A DNA stretch of 50,640 bases, taken from an uncultured Oligoflexus sp. (GTDB lineage: Bacteria; Bdellovibrionota_B; Oligoflexia; Oligoflexales; Oligoflexaceae). The stretch lies in assembly GCA_964236955.1 (NCBI GenBank), contig CAXSGP010000025.1:1-50640 (forward strand). Direction: 5' to 3'. The position numbers were made by a program, and so were the translations under genes. Below are positions 28,517 to 39,175 of the stretch, in pieces (position 1 is the stretch's first letter; every line of letters starts with the position of its first letter). The notes beneath the pieces are model-generated. The model worked only from the letters and a program-made list of their open reading frames with translations. It searched no databases and was not told the origin of the DNA.

Positions 28517-31500
28517 TCATGAAGCCTTTTCACGGTCTAATACAGTTTTATCTTGCGTCGCATCTAGCTCAATCTTTGGTCCGGCCACGCTCCATTTTCG
28601 AATCATCGCGAGAAGCCCCTTCTTAGAAAAAGGTTTGGACATATAATCATTCATACCTGCTTCTAGGCATCGTATCGAATCCCCATTCATCGCATTCGCG
28701 GTCATGGCAATAATTACTGTTTTAGCTTTTACGAGATCTTGCAATTTTCGAATTTCAGCGGTTGCTTCATACCCATCCATTTCAGGCATGTGACAGTCCA
28801 TTAACACAATATCATAGCTGCCAGTCATCACCGATTGAACGGCCTCCAAACCATTGCCCACTGAAACGGCGGAAAGTCCCATTTGCTCTAACATCTTTAC
28901 GGCTACTATCTGATTGATAGCGACATCATCGACAACCAACACGCGACCTGATAGAAGCGGAAGATGGGAGTTTTCAACTGCTAGCGGCACAAACTTGCTG
29001 TCTAAGGTTTTACCGGCCACTTTCGGTAGACTGACGGTGAACCAGAATGCCGAGCCTTTTCCGACTAGGCTTTTAACACCAATTTCTCCGCCCATTCTCT
29101 CAACGAGATGCTTAGAAATTGAAAGGCCAAGTCCAGTACCTCCAAAACGTCTGGTGGTAGTTGCATCCGCCTGTGAAAAAGGGCTAAAAAGTCTTCTAAT
29201 TGCTTCGTCACTAAGCCCGATCCCACTGTCCTCTACACAAAATTTCAAAATTGTCGATTCAACAGTTTCGGTTTGGGCGCAAATAGAAAGCTTTACCTGC
29301 CCTTCTGTAGTAAACTTCACCGCGTTGCTCAAAAGATTCGTTAAAATTTGTTTCAACCGTCCAGGATCGCCGCGATAGTGTGCCGAAGCCGCTATCTGAT
29401 TATCACAAATTATAGGCAAGGACTTTTTAACAGCCGAAAACGAAACTGCTAGCACGGTATCTTCAATCACTTGCCCTAACGAGAAATGTATATCTTCAAA
29501 ATCTAACTTGCCTGCCTCTATTTTCGAAAAATCCAGAATATCATTGATGATACTCAGCAAATTTTCCCCAGATATTTTTACCCCTTCAGCAAACGCCTTC
29601 TGACTTTCAGTAAGGGATGTATCGAGAAGTAAACTGGTTAGCCCAATTACGCCGTTGATTGGCGTTCTTATTTCATGGCTCATATTGGCGAGAAATTCTG
29701 ACTTCAGTTGATTTGCCATGCTCGATGCCTTCTCGCTAGACTTGAGAAGTAATGCGTCTTCTTCAGCCTTTATAATACGCATTTCCGCTTGGCGAACTCC
29801 GGTGATATCCAGAACCGAAGACAAGTAGTATTTTTCGCCATTTAGCTGGATCAGTTCAACATAATTAGAAACGACCCGATATTCATCCGACTTGGTGAAA
29901 ACTATGACATCTTCCCCTTGTATTTTTCCCTGCAATTTGAAACTTTCAAAGGCTTCACGATGTTGATCGGGATCACGACGGATGCCAAGCTCAAGACTAG
30001 TTCGTCCTACAGCTTCCACTTTCGAGTATCCGAAAAGCTCGACCCATGCAGGGTTTACATCCAAAAGCCTACCCGTGACTTCGTGCGAGAGGCAAATAGC
30101 GATCGGCGATTTGTCGTAAATGCTCGTAAATTTTTGTTCGCTCTTTTCAATTTGTAATTCAATTTCTTTTTTTGCCGTAATATTGGTCATCACGACCGTC
30201 AAACCATTCGGGCTTCCGTCATTTTGATAAATCCGGCTAAATTGAGATTCAAACCAGGAATTTACTATCTTAACTTCACAGCGAGTTGATTGTCCCTGAA
30301 ATGCCAGCGAAACTTCTTCTGTGACCGCAGGAAAATTTTCTAACACGCTGAAAATATTTTTACCCAATAGTTGATTTGTATTCCAACCAACATCCTTCAT
30401 AGAGCTGCCTTCTGCGATTCTGAAAATTCCTGCTTCATCTAAGTGCCAAAAAATTATTGGCGTATGACTCATTATGGAGCGTAGATCTCGCTCCGTGTTT
30501 CTAGCGATTTGTTCTGTCAATTTATGATCATGGACGTCCGTGGCCGAGCCAATCCATTTGATAACTTCCGCGTCGATATTCCAAATAGGAACGGTTTTCG
30601 TATAAAACCATCTATAATTTCCATCTGCTTGAAGAAGCCTGTAGTCCATAAGGTATGGTTGTTTCGTGACAATTGCCTTTTCCCAAGCTTCCAGTGCCAT
30701 TTTCTTATCATCAGGATGCACAATGTTGCGCCGAAAATCGGTTCTAAAAGCGTCTTCCTTGCTAATTCCAGTATATTTATGCCACCTTTCATTGAAATAT
30801 ATCGGTTGTCCCAAGGTATCAATTTCCCAAATCAGGTTTGGGATGGCATCAGCAAGATCACGAAATTTGGATTCATTTTCCTTTGCGGAAATCTCTGTAT
30901 TCATACGATCGGTAATATCTAAGAATACACCTATTGTTTTGAGAAGCTTGCCATTTCGGTGAAAGAATGGCCTGCCTTTCATCTCAATCCAGCGTAATTG
31001 CCCGTCGGGTTTTATAATCCTGTATTGAATATACAAATCTTTTCTCTGTTCAAATGATTCCTGCCTTTTGGCGAGAAATGATTGTAAATCCGCAGGATAA
31101 ATCGCCGATAGAATAACGTGAGGTGTTATCACAAAATCCGACGTGAACCCAAATAAGCTCTTTGCCTCAATCGACCAGTCGATAGACGGCGTTTCTGAGT
31201 AATCATGCTGCCAACGACCGATTCCCGCCAGGTCCACTGCTAATACAACTTGCGTCAGATCCTTCTCATCCGGGGCCCGGTTGCCTTGAAAAGGCGCGAC
31301 TTTAATATCGGCGTAATCTTGAAGTCTCGTCCACAGTCTCATCATCAGCGGACTCAAAAGGAGGATGCCCAGCAGTTCAGCAAAAAAGCGGCTTAAGAAA
31401 ATATCGCTCAGCGAGGTGACACCGAAATTCCCGTTAGCCCAATGACCCAGAGCCCAAATGAAAGAACTAAATATGCAGCTTAATGGTCCAAAGCAGATGA

Positions 31501-31885
31501 GACCTTTGCCGATATCAAGTGGGTTAAGAGAAGATTGGTTCTTTCGAATGCTGCACTTGAGGCTATAAGTGAAGAGCGCTTGAATAATGACGCTTGTTGC
31601 GATAAGAAGAGAGAAATAAATTCTATTTAGGTTTGGATTTGAAAAAGAAATGTAGCTGGATAGAAAAGAGCCCAGTCCAACCCCAAGCAGCGATCGTCGG
31701 CCCCTTGTCAACACAAGGCCGAGAACCAGGCCTGAAGTTAGCACTATTGGACATAGTTTATATAAGTCCAGCTCAAAGAATAAAGTGATTTTATCTACGA
31801 ACACATACGCGGCGGCAGTAATAATTGAAGCGGATATTCCAAACCACAGTTCTTTCCTAAGGATCTTGCTCATTCCAATTTTCAT
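28517..31885 (-). CDS. Hybrid sensor histidine kinase (MASE1-like TM, about 4 PAS/PAC, HisKA, HATPase, REC)
   Basis: FLANMSHEIRTP, NLLSNAVKFT, GGTGLGL, LMDCHMPEMDG; PAS motifs. Confidence 0.95.
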   Translation of the reverse strand: MKIGMSKILRKELWFGISASIITAAAYVFVDKITLFFELDLYKLCPIVLTSGLVLGLVLTRGRRSLLGVGLGSFLSSYISFSNPNLNRIYFSLLIATSVIIQALFTYSLKCSIRKNQSSLNPLDIGKGLICFGPLSCIFSSFIWALGHWANGNFGVTSLSDIFLSRFFAELLGILLLSPLMMRLWTRLQDYADIKVAPFQGNRAPDEKDLTQVVLAVDLAGIGRWQHDYSETPSIDWSIEAKSLFGFTSDFVITPHVILSAIYPADLQSFLAKRQESFEQRKDLYIQYRIIKPDGQLRWIEMKGRPFFHRNGKLLKTIGVFLDITDRMNTEISAKENESKFRDLADAIPNLIWEIDTLGQPIYFNERWHKYTGISKEDAFRTDFRRNIVHPDDKKMALEAWEKAIVTKQPYLMDYRLLQADGNYRWFYTKTVPIWNIDAEVIKWIGSATDVHDHKLTEQIARNTERDLRSIMSHTPIIFWHLDEAGIFRIAEGSSMKDVGWNTNQLLGKNIFSVLENFPAVTEEVSLAFQGQSTRCEVKIVNSWFESQFSRIYQNDGSPNGLTVVMTNITAKKEIELQIEKSEQKFTSIYDKSPIAICLSHEVTGRLLDVNPAWVELFGYSKVEAVGRTSLELGIRRDPDQHREAFESFKLQGKIQGEDVIVFTKSDEYRVVSNYVELIQLNGEKYYLSSVLDITGVRQAEMRIIKAEEDALLLKSSEKASSMANQLKSEFLANMSHEIRTPINGVIGLTSLLLDTSLTESQKAFAEGVKISGENLLSIINDILDFSKIEAGKLDFEDIHFSLGQVIEDTVLAVSFSAVKKSLPIICDNQIAASAHYRGDPGRLKQILTNLLSNAVKFTTEGQVKLSICAQTETVESTILKFCVEDSGIGLSDEAIRRLFSPFSQADATTTRRFGGTGLGLSISKHLVERMGGEIGVKSLVGKGSAFWFTVSLPKVAGKTLDSKFVPLAVENSHLPLLSGRVLVVDDVAINQIVAVKMLEQMGLSAVSVGNGLEAVQSVMTGSYDIVLMDCHMPEMDGYEATAEIRKLQDLVKAKTVIIAMTANAMNGDSIRCLEAGMNDYMSKPFSKKGLLAMIRKWSVAGPKIELDATQDKTVLDREKAS

Positions 31886-31939
31886 ATCTAAACCATCCGC
31901 GAAACGTCCGAAAAATCCCTCAGGACAGTGGTATCGACA

Positions 31940-31975
31940 AATTTATGTAAACCATTAGACTTTTATACATAAATT
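31940..31975. promoter_or_regulatory. Inverted repeat upstream of the hybrid kinase
   Basis: AATTTATGTA-N16-TACATAAATT. Confidence 0.4.
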
Positions 31976-32702
31976 GCATTTTATAAGGGCCAGGGTGAGC
32001 AAAGCTTTTACCGAACGCAAAGGAGCGCCCAGACGTTTCTAGATTTCATTGAGAAGGGGGCAGCGGGCATTATTTGCCGATTTCTGAAACGACCCCCCAC
32101 GACGAATGGAGTGAATGTTGCCGTATTTGGACGCTATGCCGTGAGTCCTATGTTCAAGGATTTCAAAGGCAAATGGTGGAAATTTTAGAATGCTTGGTGC
32201 GCAGGCGAAAACATGAGCTGTGATCGGGAGCGTAATCTGGGAAATCTGAAAGCTGCGTTCTGAGGAGACGCACTTGGAGCGATCCGAGGGCCTGCTCATC
32301 CCTAGTAGAAGGGCTAAGAAATTAGAAACGGCAAAGAAATCTCTTAAAGAGCAAGGGCTTTGCGATATTGGCGTCTTCGGAAAGGCATTCTGTCATTATT
32401 TCAGACAGAAACAACATAAATTACCAAAGTGTCAAAGAGATCGGATCCGCGATCTTATAAGGGCCTCATCTTAATTTTCCTATTAAATCAGGAGTCGCTT
32501 GCCCCTAGTGCGTTTGAGGCTGGCCAGCAAGACTAAGGGCTTTACATACCTAAGCATAAATCATCAGTTATGATGAGTCCTTTAGGATTCATTTCGACGA
32601 AAAAATGGCATCAGCCTGCCATGCATTGACCGCAGCTACTTACTGGTATGGGATTGGAAGGCATTGTCGTTATTTTATTAAAGCAAGGTGGGAGAATGAC
32701 AT

Positions 32703-33857
32703 ATGCTCTATAAATTCCTCATAGAAAATAAGAAAGAAATTTTAGCGTTGACGGAGCAGAAGACCCGCGAACTTGCCGAAGGGGTGGCATCTTCAGCGGA
32801 GCTTGAAAAAGGCCTGCCTATTTTTTATATGCAGCTTATTACCGAGCTTGCCTACAGTAAGAGTGAGAATCCAAATTCCCGCTCGAATATAGGGGAGATG
32901 GCAAAAGCCGCCCGTGCGGCCGACGAACCGGCCCTCGCTTTGGCAGCAGGTACTCAAAATCAAGCCGAAGTAGCAAGATCTGCCGGAGAGCATGGATTGG
33001 AACTTCTAAGGCTGGGCTACACGCTGTCTCACGTTGTTCATGCCTACGGGTCGATGTGCCAAGCGATTAACGAACTTGCAACACAGAAAAATTTTAAAAT
33101 CACTCCAGACGAATTTCGCAAGGTAAACCAGTGTTTGGATGTTGCAATTGCTGGGGCTGTTACAGAGTTTCAAGCGCAAAGTGATCTCAATCAATCAAAA
33201 CGTGACGTGGAAAAATTAGGTTTTTTAGCGCACGAACTTCGTAATGCTTTGGGTACGGTAAGTATGGCCTTTTCGATGATTAAAGAGGGTAGCGTAACGC
33301 CGCGGGGAAGTACGGGGCAGCTTCTTGAGAGAGGGATAGTGCGCTTAGACCAACTTATTGCTCGCTCACTGACGGAGGTCAGGCTGCGAGCCAAACCTAA
33401 GCTGCATTTTGAAGCCGATTACCTGCAACAACTTGTCGATCAAATTGCCCTTACAGCAAAAATCGATGCCGCCTCGCGGAATCAGTCCTTGATCGTCACG
33501 ATCGAGCGTGGCTTAAAAATAGTAGCGGATCAGCAACTGATTCATTCGGCACTTTTTAATCTTATTCAGAATGCCATTAAATACACGCGCAAAGGCGGAA
33601 AAATTCAGGTACGGGGCCGTCTGATAGATGAAAAGGTTGTGATAGAAGTTGAAGACGAATGTGGGGGCTTATCCCCTGAAGCGGAAAGCGGTCTGTTCAG
33701 GAAATTCGAACAAAACCATGAAAACCGCAAGGGAATGGGATTAGGTCTTACCATTGCTCAGGAATCAATCATTCTTAATCACGGCAAAATCGAATGTCAA
33801 AATATAGCCGGCAAGGGTTGCATTTTTAAAGTTACCTTGCCAGAGGTCAAGGACTAA
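32703..33857 (+). CDS. Cytoplasmic sensor histidine kinase (RsbRD_N-like input)
   Basis: FLAHELRNAL, NLIQNAIKY, EDECGG, GMGLGL; no TM segments. Confidence 0.9.
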   Translation: MLYKFLIENKKEILALTEQKTRELAEGVASSAELEKGLPIFYMQLITELAYSKSENPNSRSNIGEMAKAARAADEPALALAAGTQNQAEVARSAGEHGLELLRLGYTLSHVVHAYGSMCQAINELATQKNFKITPDEFRKVNQCLDVAIAGAVTEFQAQSDLNQSKRDVEKLGFLAHELRNALGTVSMAFSMIKEGSVTPRGSTGQLLERGIVRLDQLIARSLTEVRLRAKPKLHFEADYLQQLVDQIALTAKIDAASRNQSLIVTIERGLKIVADQQLIHSALFNLIQNAIKYTRKGGKIQVRGRLIDEKVVIEVEDECGGLSPEAESGLFRKFEQNHENRKGMGLGLTIAQESIILNHGKIECQNIAGKGCIFKVTLPEVKD

Positions 33858-34120
33858 GCAGAATAGTTTGGGAGCCTCCTTTAGCCGACCTGCATGTAAA
33901 TCCGCTAATTGGCAGTAGGCCCCATGAATTGAAGTCTCGATGGCTTCACGGCGTCAACGCCGTTGTTGGCGATTATTTAAAGGGTCTATTGCGATTATAT
34001 TTTAATTTGAATGGACGCAGTTATAGGGGAAGCATGAAAACTTGCCTGCAAGTGTCTTGTACCAAAGAGGGAAATGGAATATCGAAGATTCAGGCTAGTC
34101 CTGGAGGTAGGACAGCAAAC

Positions 34121-34816
34121 TTAAAGTCGAGATTTGGAAGCCTTGGAACTTACCCTAGCCGCAGACGCTTCTGCAGATGCGGCTGCCAAGCGGCCCTTTT
34201 CCGATGCAGCCGTAGCACGGACCGCAGCGGCAGTGGCATCGGCGGCAGCGGCCGTGGCATCGGCGGCAGCGGCCGTGGCATCGGCGGCAGCGGATGTCGA
34301 TTCCACAGCAGCAGCAGTCGCTGCCGCAGCGACTTCGGTTGCTGTTTCCGCAGCCATAGTCGCCTGATCTGCCTCCCAGATATCAAGAGAGCCAAGCTTT
34401 ACCGCGTCGCCTTCAGCCTCTAACAAACGATCAATAATATGCACGAGGCGTAAGGCTCGAGCAGGCTTTGCCACATAGACTTGAAAGTCGGCAAAACGCC
34501 TTTTACCTGATGCCCGCAAAGCATCGCCAGACACTGCGATGGTAGGGGTCGCTTTGCGCGTAGGGTCTTGGGCCTCCATTTCACGCAGAGCATGGACCAG
34601 ATCATAGCCGTCAAGTCCAGGTGGCATCGAAAGATCGCTGATGACGACATCAAAACGTTCATTCGAAAGATTGAGAATGGCTTCTTCAGCAGATGCGCAA
34701 GCCGTAACATTCGCGCCGCTTTGGCTCAAAATAGTTCTAAGCATCAGCAGAACTTCGGGGCTGTCATCCACACAAAGGACCCGCGCTCCACTGAGAATAG
34801 TCGTGGCTAAATTCAT
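34121..34816 (-). CDS. Receiver-domain protein with Ala-rich repeat tail
   Basis: CVDD, ISDLSMPPGLDG, AKP; GAGG RBS before MNLATT. Confidence 0.85.
   Translation of the reverse strand: MNLATTILSGARVLCVDDSPEVLLMLRTILSQSGANVTACASAEEAILNLSNERFDVVISDLSMPPGLDGYDLVHALREMEAQDPTRKATPTIAVSGDALRASGKRRFADFQVYVAKPARALRLVHIIDRLLEAEGDAVKLGSLDIWEADQATMAAETATEVAAAATAAAVESTSAAADATAAAADATAAAADATAAAVRATAASEKGRLAAASAEASAARVSSKASKSRL
34224..34293. repeat. 21-bp tandem repeat (about 3 copies)
   Basis: GTGGCATCGGCGGCAGCGGCC units at 34233, 34254 and 34275 (third partial); encodes AAAADAT. Confidence 0.9.
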
Positions 34817-35120
34817 GCAAAAACCTCGCACAGGGGGAATAAGGTCATTCCTAGACCAAGGAAATGTGTGTTCTTGATAGAGCATTCTGTCGCCCTTTTC
34901 AAGGCATAGTTCCCGACACGAACTTTGAAAGCAACGAAACGGCGGATTTGCCTGTTTCATCCCATCATGTCCATGCGTATGAATGCGGTTCTGGCAAAAG
35001 AATGCGTTGTCCAACCAACTAGAAAGAATAGATTCCTAGCAAAAATTTGCAAGAAATGCCAAGCGCCCTGGGCACAAAAAAATCAATAATCTCGACAATC
35101 CTGCCGAAGACTCCTCGTCT

Positions 35121-37217
35121 ATGGGAGGAACAGCAGTGACAAAACCAGGCGGCCAGCACCAACTTAGAAAAGGGACTCAGCGTCTCTTTACGCTGATGTG
35201 GTTTTTATGGGTCGTTCTCCTTCTCGCGATTGCTTCCTCGTCCGTGCATGACAGCATTCAGGCGTCCCTATCCGATCCTGTGTTTTTTCGAACCCGGGAA
35301 TACCTAAAGCGCACGCCGCCTATCTCACCACGGCTTAAGATCTTTGCCCTCGATGATCGTTCTTTGGGATTTCTCGGTCAGCCGGAAATCGACACCCAGG
35401 ATTTGAGTCTTCTCCTTGCCAACATTGCCCGGCAAAAACCCAAAGCGATCCTCCTCGATAAGCTTTTTGGACTCGCGCCGCCCGATCCCAAACAAATCCA
35501 GTTTCTCGAGGATATCAAGCGGCTCAACGTTCCTATTCATACGGGTCTCTCGTTCAGCGCTACGGAAACGAAATACCGTTCGGAAAATACTCTATCGGAA
35601 GAAGACTTCGGATTTAAGCATTGGATCGAAGGTGATATCGAGAAGGCACGACCCTTTCTGCGCGAGTCGCTCTATGATTTCAAGGGGTATAAATACGGCT
35701 TTAGCACCGCCTACGAGGGTATTTTTAAAGCTATGGGCCACATCTATTTCGATCGCGTCGGCAGCGTTTACCCGATAGTCGTGGCGGGCAATAAGATGAT
35801 CCCTCATCTTTCACTCTATGGCGCCGATTCGATATCGATTCGAGACAATGATCTATGGATCAATAAGTTCGCCGTTCCTTTAACGGAAAAAGGCGCGGTC
35901 GTCGTCAATCATAGGCCACCCCAGCACTTTTACGAAGTGAAGACGATGCGCAGCATCGAACATGCAATCAAACGCGCTCGCGCCGACAAACCTGAGGTTT
36001 GGATCAAGGAAAACGACGTCGTTGTCGTGCTCTTTAACTTCTATACCGGCTCCACCGACCTGCTTGAAGATGCTCCATTTGGGAACCTTGCCGGAGGTCT
36101 CCTGGTCTCGACGATCGTCGATTCCGTCCTTGAAAATCGTTGGATCACGCCTATAGGGCATGTACCCTGGTTTATCCTTTTGATGAGTATCGTTGGGGTT
36201 ATCCTGGCCCGCACGACAGGTCCCGTCGTCTTTTGGGGTGTGGCGATAGGGGTCGGCCTTGGCTACTTCGTTCTCTCTATCTATCTCTTTGCCTATAAAG
36301 ATATGATGGTACCGTGGATTCTGCCCCTGATTGGCCTTATGGGGGGCGGGACCATACAATATGTCAAGCAGCGTCTCGGCAGCGAGCTCAAGGCGGTGGA
36401 AACGGAAAATCAACTTCTGATCGAAAGAGCCCTCAGACTTGAAGAGGAAAAGACCAATCTCCAACTTGCCGAACGCCTCAACCTGGGTCGGGCGATTCAG
36501 CAGATTCTCCTGCCGCCGCTGGAAGCCCAGGAGCACGGGGCTTTCACCTTTGCCATGAGCTATATTCCTAATCAGGAGATGAGTGGTGACTGGGTTTATA
36601 TCTGGGGTAAGGGCAAAGCGGAAAAACGGGTGATCATCGGTGATGTTGTCGGTAAGGGACCTTCGGCAGCCATACCCGTCGCAATTTTGATCGGGATCCT
36701 CGGTGAATGCGAGAAAGTCGATATGCCGATGGAAGAAACGATGCAATATCTCAACCGCCGTGTGATTGAACTCTTTGGCAAGCAAATCACCTGCAGCCTC
36801 TCGGCAATCGTCATGAAGGCGTCGATGGAAATTGAGCTCTATAATGCTGGATCGCCAGGCTGGTTCTTTCGGGGCGAAGGCAAATCGCGTCACATCTCGA
36901 TGCGATCGTCGACCTTGGGCATGAGCCCCGAGGCTTATTTTGCGCGTGAAAAGCTGATCCTGACGCCAGGCTGTTTCCTCTTTACCTTCACCGATGGGTA
37001 TATGGAGGGGGCACGGGCCTTTAGGCGTCTGATTACGAAACTAGGAACTATAGACGAAGCGCCTTCGTTTACCGACCTCCAGTTGATGCTGGATGAGATC
37101 GGCAGGTCCTTTAGACTCGAAGATGACCGCTCTCTTCTCATGGTCAAAACCAAAAGCGAGGAAGGCAGTAAAAACCTAAGCCCGGGATTGGAATCCTTAA
37201 CGCCGCGGGCTGGCTGA
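35121..37217 (+). CDS. CHASE2 domain plus SpoIIE/PP2C phosphatase
   Basis: Periplasmic CHASE2-like region, three TM segments, SGDW, GDVVGKG, FTDG, EDDRS motifs. Confidence 0.85.
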   Translation: MGGTAVTKPGGQHQLRKGTQRLFTLMWFLWVVLLLAIASSSVHDSIQASLSDPVFFRTREYLKRTPPISPRLKIFALDDRSLGFLGQPEIDTQDLSLLLANIARQKPKAILLDKLFGLAPPDPKQIQFLEDIKRLNVPIHTGLSFSATETKYRSENTLSEEDFGFKHWIEGDIEKARPFLRESLYDFKGYKYGFSTAYEGIFKAMGHIYFDRVGSVYPIVVAGNKMIPHLSLYGADSISIRDNDLWINKFAVPLTEKGAVVVNHRPPQHFYEVKTMRSIEHAIKRARADKPEVWIKENDVVVVLFNFYTGSTDLLEDAPFGNLAGGLLVSTIVDSVLENRWITPIGHVPWFILLMSIVGVILARTTGPVVFWGVAIGVGLGYFVLSIYLFAYKDMMVPWILPLIGLMGGGTIQYVKQRLGSELKAVETENQLLIERALRLEEEKTNLQLAERLNLGRAIQQILLPPLEAQEHGAFTFAMSYIPNQEMSGDWVYIWGKGKAEKRVIIGDVVGKGPSAAIPVAILIGILGECEKVDMPMEETMQYLNRRVIELFGKQITCSLSAIVMKASMEIELYNAGSPGWFFRGEGKSRHISMRSSTLGMSPEAYFAREKLILTPGCFLFTFTDGYMEGARAFRRLITKLGTIDEAPSFTDLQLMLDEIGRSFRLEDDRSLLMVKTKSEEGSKNLSPGLESLTPRAG

Positions 37218-37889
37218 AGACAGCGTGTCGGGCATCATGCGCTGTAGCGCCACGACACGACCCAAAATAGTGAAGGCTTCGTCCTTGGCGTAGAGATTTT
37301 GAAAGGCTGGATTCTCAGGCTTGAGATACCAACCGTTTTCCTCATCATGCATCAGACGCTTCACCGTCGAGCTGCCTTGCGAATCGGCGACGATGATAGT
37401 TCCGCTCGGCGCATCATTCTGCTGGGAAACGATCAACCAATCCCCATCCAAAATTCCCGCATAGATCATGCTCGCGCCTTTAGCCTGCAGGGCAAATAAC
37501 TTTTCAGGGTTATTGGCAGCCCAGCGGGGCAGCATGTTGCTGGAAATGCGGATGGCACCGGAAAAGTCTTCCACCGATTCGATCGGTGTTCCCGCAGGAA
37601 CGGAGCCGAGCCGGGGCACAAGCAGGGAGTTGTCCCACTGATGTTCGAGCTGCACGTTGAAGTATTCTTTGCTGCGATCGGTCAGCGCAAGTGAGCGGGC
37701 GGTCTGTTTGTTCGGCGTGATGATATAGCCCTTCTTGCGAAGCGAGGCGATAACATCCTGCGCGGAGCCTACCGCTTTATACCCCATATACTCACAGAGT
37801 TCGCGAAGAGTGGGGGCATAACCGTGCTCGTCGCTATGCGAACGGATAAAATCGAAGGCTTTCGTTTGTCGTGAGGTCAGCTTTTGCAT
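37197..37889 (-). CDS. lexA: SOS repressor LexA
   Basis: LT.RQ..., PTLREL wHTH; Ala-Gly cleavage site (VPAG); catalytic Ser (GASM) and Lys (TVKR). Confidence 0.95.
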   Translation of the reverse strand: MQKLTSRQTKAFDFIRSHSDEHGYAPTLRELCEYMGYKAVGSAQDVIASLRKKGYIITPNKQTARSLALTDRSKEYFNVQLEHQWDNSLLVPRLGSVPAGTPIESVEDFSGAIRISSNMLPRWAANNPEKLFALQAKGASMIYAGILDGDWLIVSQQNDAPSGTIIVADSQGSSTVKRLMHDEENGWYLKPENPAFQNLYAKDEAFTILGRVVALQRMMPDTLSSASPRR

Positions 37890-37915
37890 ATTGACTTCCT
37901 TGTTCAATCGGGCGC

Positions 37916-39175
37916 TTACCTACCGCCAATGTAATTCATTGCTTTCAATCGTTCAAGCAATGGCGGATGAGAGTGGTAGAAGGCGGAATACCAGGGATGA
38001 GTGATTGGCATGGAGTGACTTGTTTCTCGCAATTTTAACAGCGCATCTCCAAGCGCGCGCTGGTCTTCCAAATTTTGAAGGGCAAAGGCATCGGCCTGGA
38101 ATTCATGGCGACGCGAGATGCGGCTCGAAAGCGGTTGCAAGACAAATCCAACGAGACCAAACCACATGGAAAATACGATTAAAGCCCCATAATTGCTGAC
38201 GGATTGCAGCCCAAAGCTTTCATAAAAGGGCAGGAGCGGCAGGCAGAGGGAGAGGGCATAGAACATAAGTCCCGTCGTAAAAAAACCGCGTACCAGTCCC
38301 CATCGCACATGATGCAATTTGAAATGGCCAAGCTCATGAGCCAAAACAGCGACGATCTCCGTAAGCTTCATGGATTTTACTAGAGTGTCAAAAAGAACGA
38401 TTCTTTTTTTGCCGAACACTCCCGTAAAGTACGCATTGCCATGGGAGGAACGGGTCGAAGCATCCATGATGGAGATGCCTTCCGCTTGAAATTCGATTTT
38501 TTGAGCAAGTCGAAAAATCTCAGTTTTGAGATCACCCTCATCGAGAGGGCTGAACTTATTAAAGAGAGGAGCCAAAAGAGTCGGATAAAGCCAGGCCGTC
38601 AAAAGGCTAAAACCAAAAACTGCGAACCAGGCGATCCACCACCAGGATGACCCCATGCGATTCATAATCCAGAGCAATACAGCCAGGAGGATACCGCCCA
38701 GCACGACGCCGAGGGCGATGCTCTTCAGTTGATCCAGCCAGAAGCCCTGTTTGCTCTGACGATTGAAGCCGTGTCGCTCTTCAATGACGAAGGTGTGATA
38801 ATAGCCAAACGGCAGACCGGCGAGGAAGCTCAGAGCGCCGACCAGGGCAAAGACCATGAGGCCGTGGAGAATGGGTTGATCACCGGGAATCCAGTGCTGA
38901 GCCAGACGCTCAATATAGCCCAAACCACCAAGACTCAGGAAAATGAGAGTATAAGCCAACTGCATCCAGGCCGAGAATTGTCCAAAGCGATAGCGATCTT
39001 TGGCATAAGAAAGGCTCTTCGCGAGATTCTCGGAGGAAAGGGACAATACGTCTTTCGCCTCTTTTTGATGAGTCGGATTTGAGACGTATTTCAAATTTAT
39101 TGCGGCGAGTGCAGACTCTATCAGCTGCTGAACGATGCGCAGCACGATGAACGCGATGAGGAGAGTTGAAAACAT
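37916..39175 (-). CDS. M48A (Ste24-like) zinc metalloprotease
   Basis: NAYFTG..KRIVLFDTL, HELGH, EFQAD, SHPPL.ER; GAGG RBS before ATG 39175. Confidence 0.92.
   Translation of the reverse strand: MFSTLLIAFIVLRIVQQLIESALAAINLKYVSNPTHQKEAKDVLSLSSENLAKSLSYAKDRYRFGQFSAWMQLAYTLIFLSLGGLGYIERLAQHWIPGDQPILHGLMVFALVGALSFLAGLPFGYYHTFVIEERHGFNRQSKQGFWLDQLKSIALGVVLGGILLAVLLWIMNRMGSSWWWIAWFAVFGFSLLTAWLYPTLLAPLFNKFSPLDEGDLKTEIFRLAQKIEFQAEGISIMDASTRSSHGNAYFTGVFGKKRIVLFDTLVKSMKLTEIVAVLAHELGHFKLHHVRWGLVRGFFTTGLMFYALSLCLPLLPFYESFGLQSVSNYGALIVFSMWFGLVGFVLQPLSSRISRRHEFQADAFALQNLEDQRALGDALLKLRETSHSMPITHPWYSAFYHSHPPLLERLKAMNYIGGR

Noticed and set aside
34224..34293. Possible CRISPR-like repeat
   Set aside because: Contiguous tandem units without spacers, inside a coding frame; no cas genes
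33929..34423. Plus-strand ORF with GIGGSGR repeats
   Set aside because: Antisense reading of the Ala-repeat tail of the receiver gene
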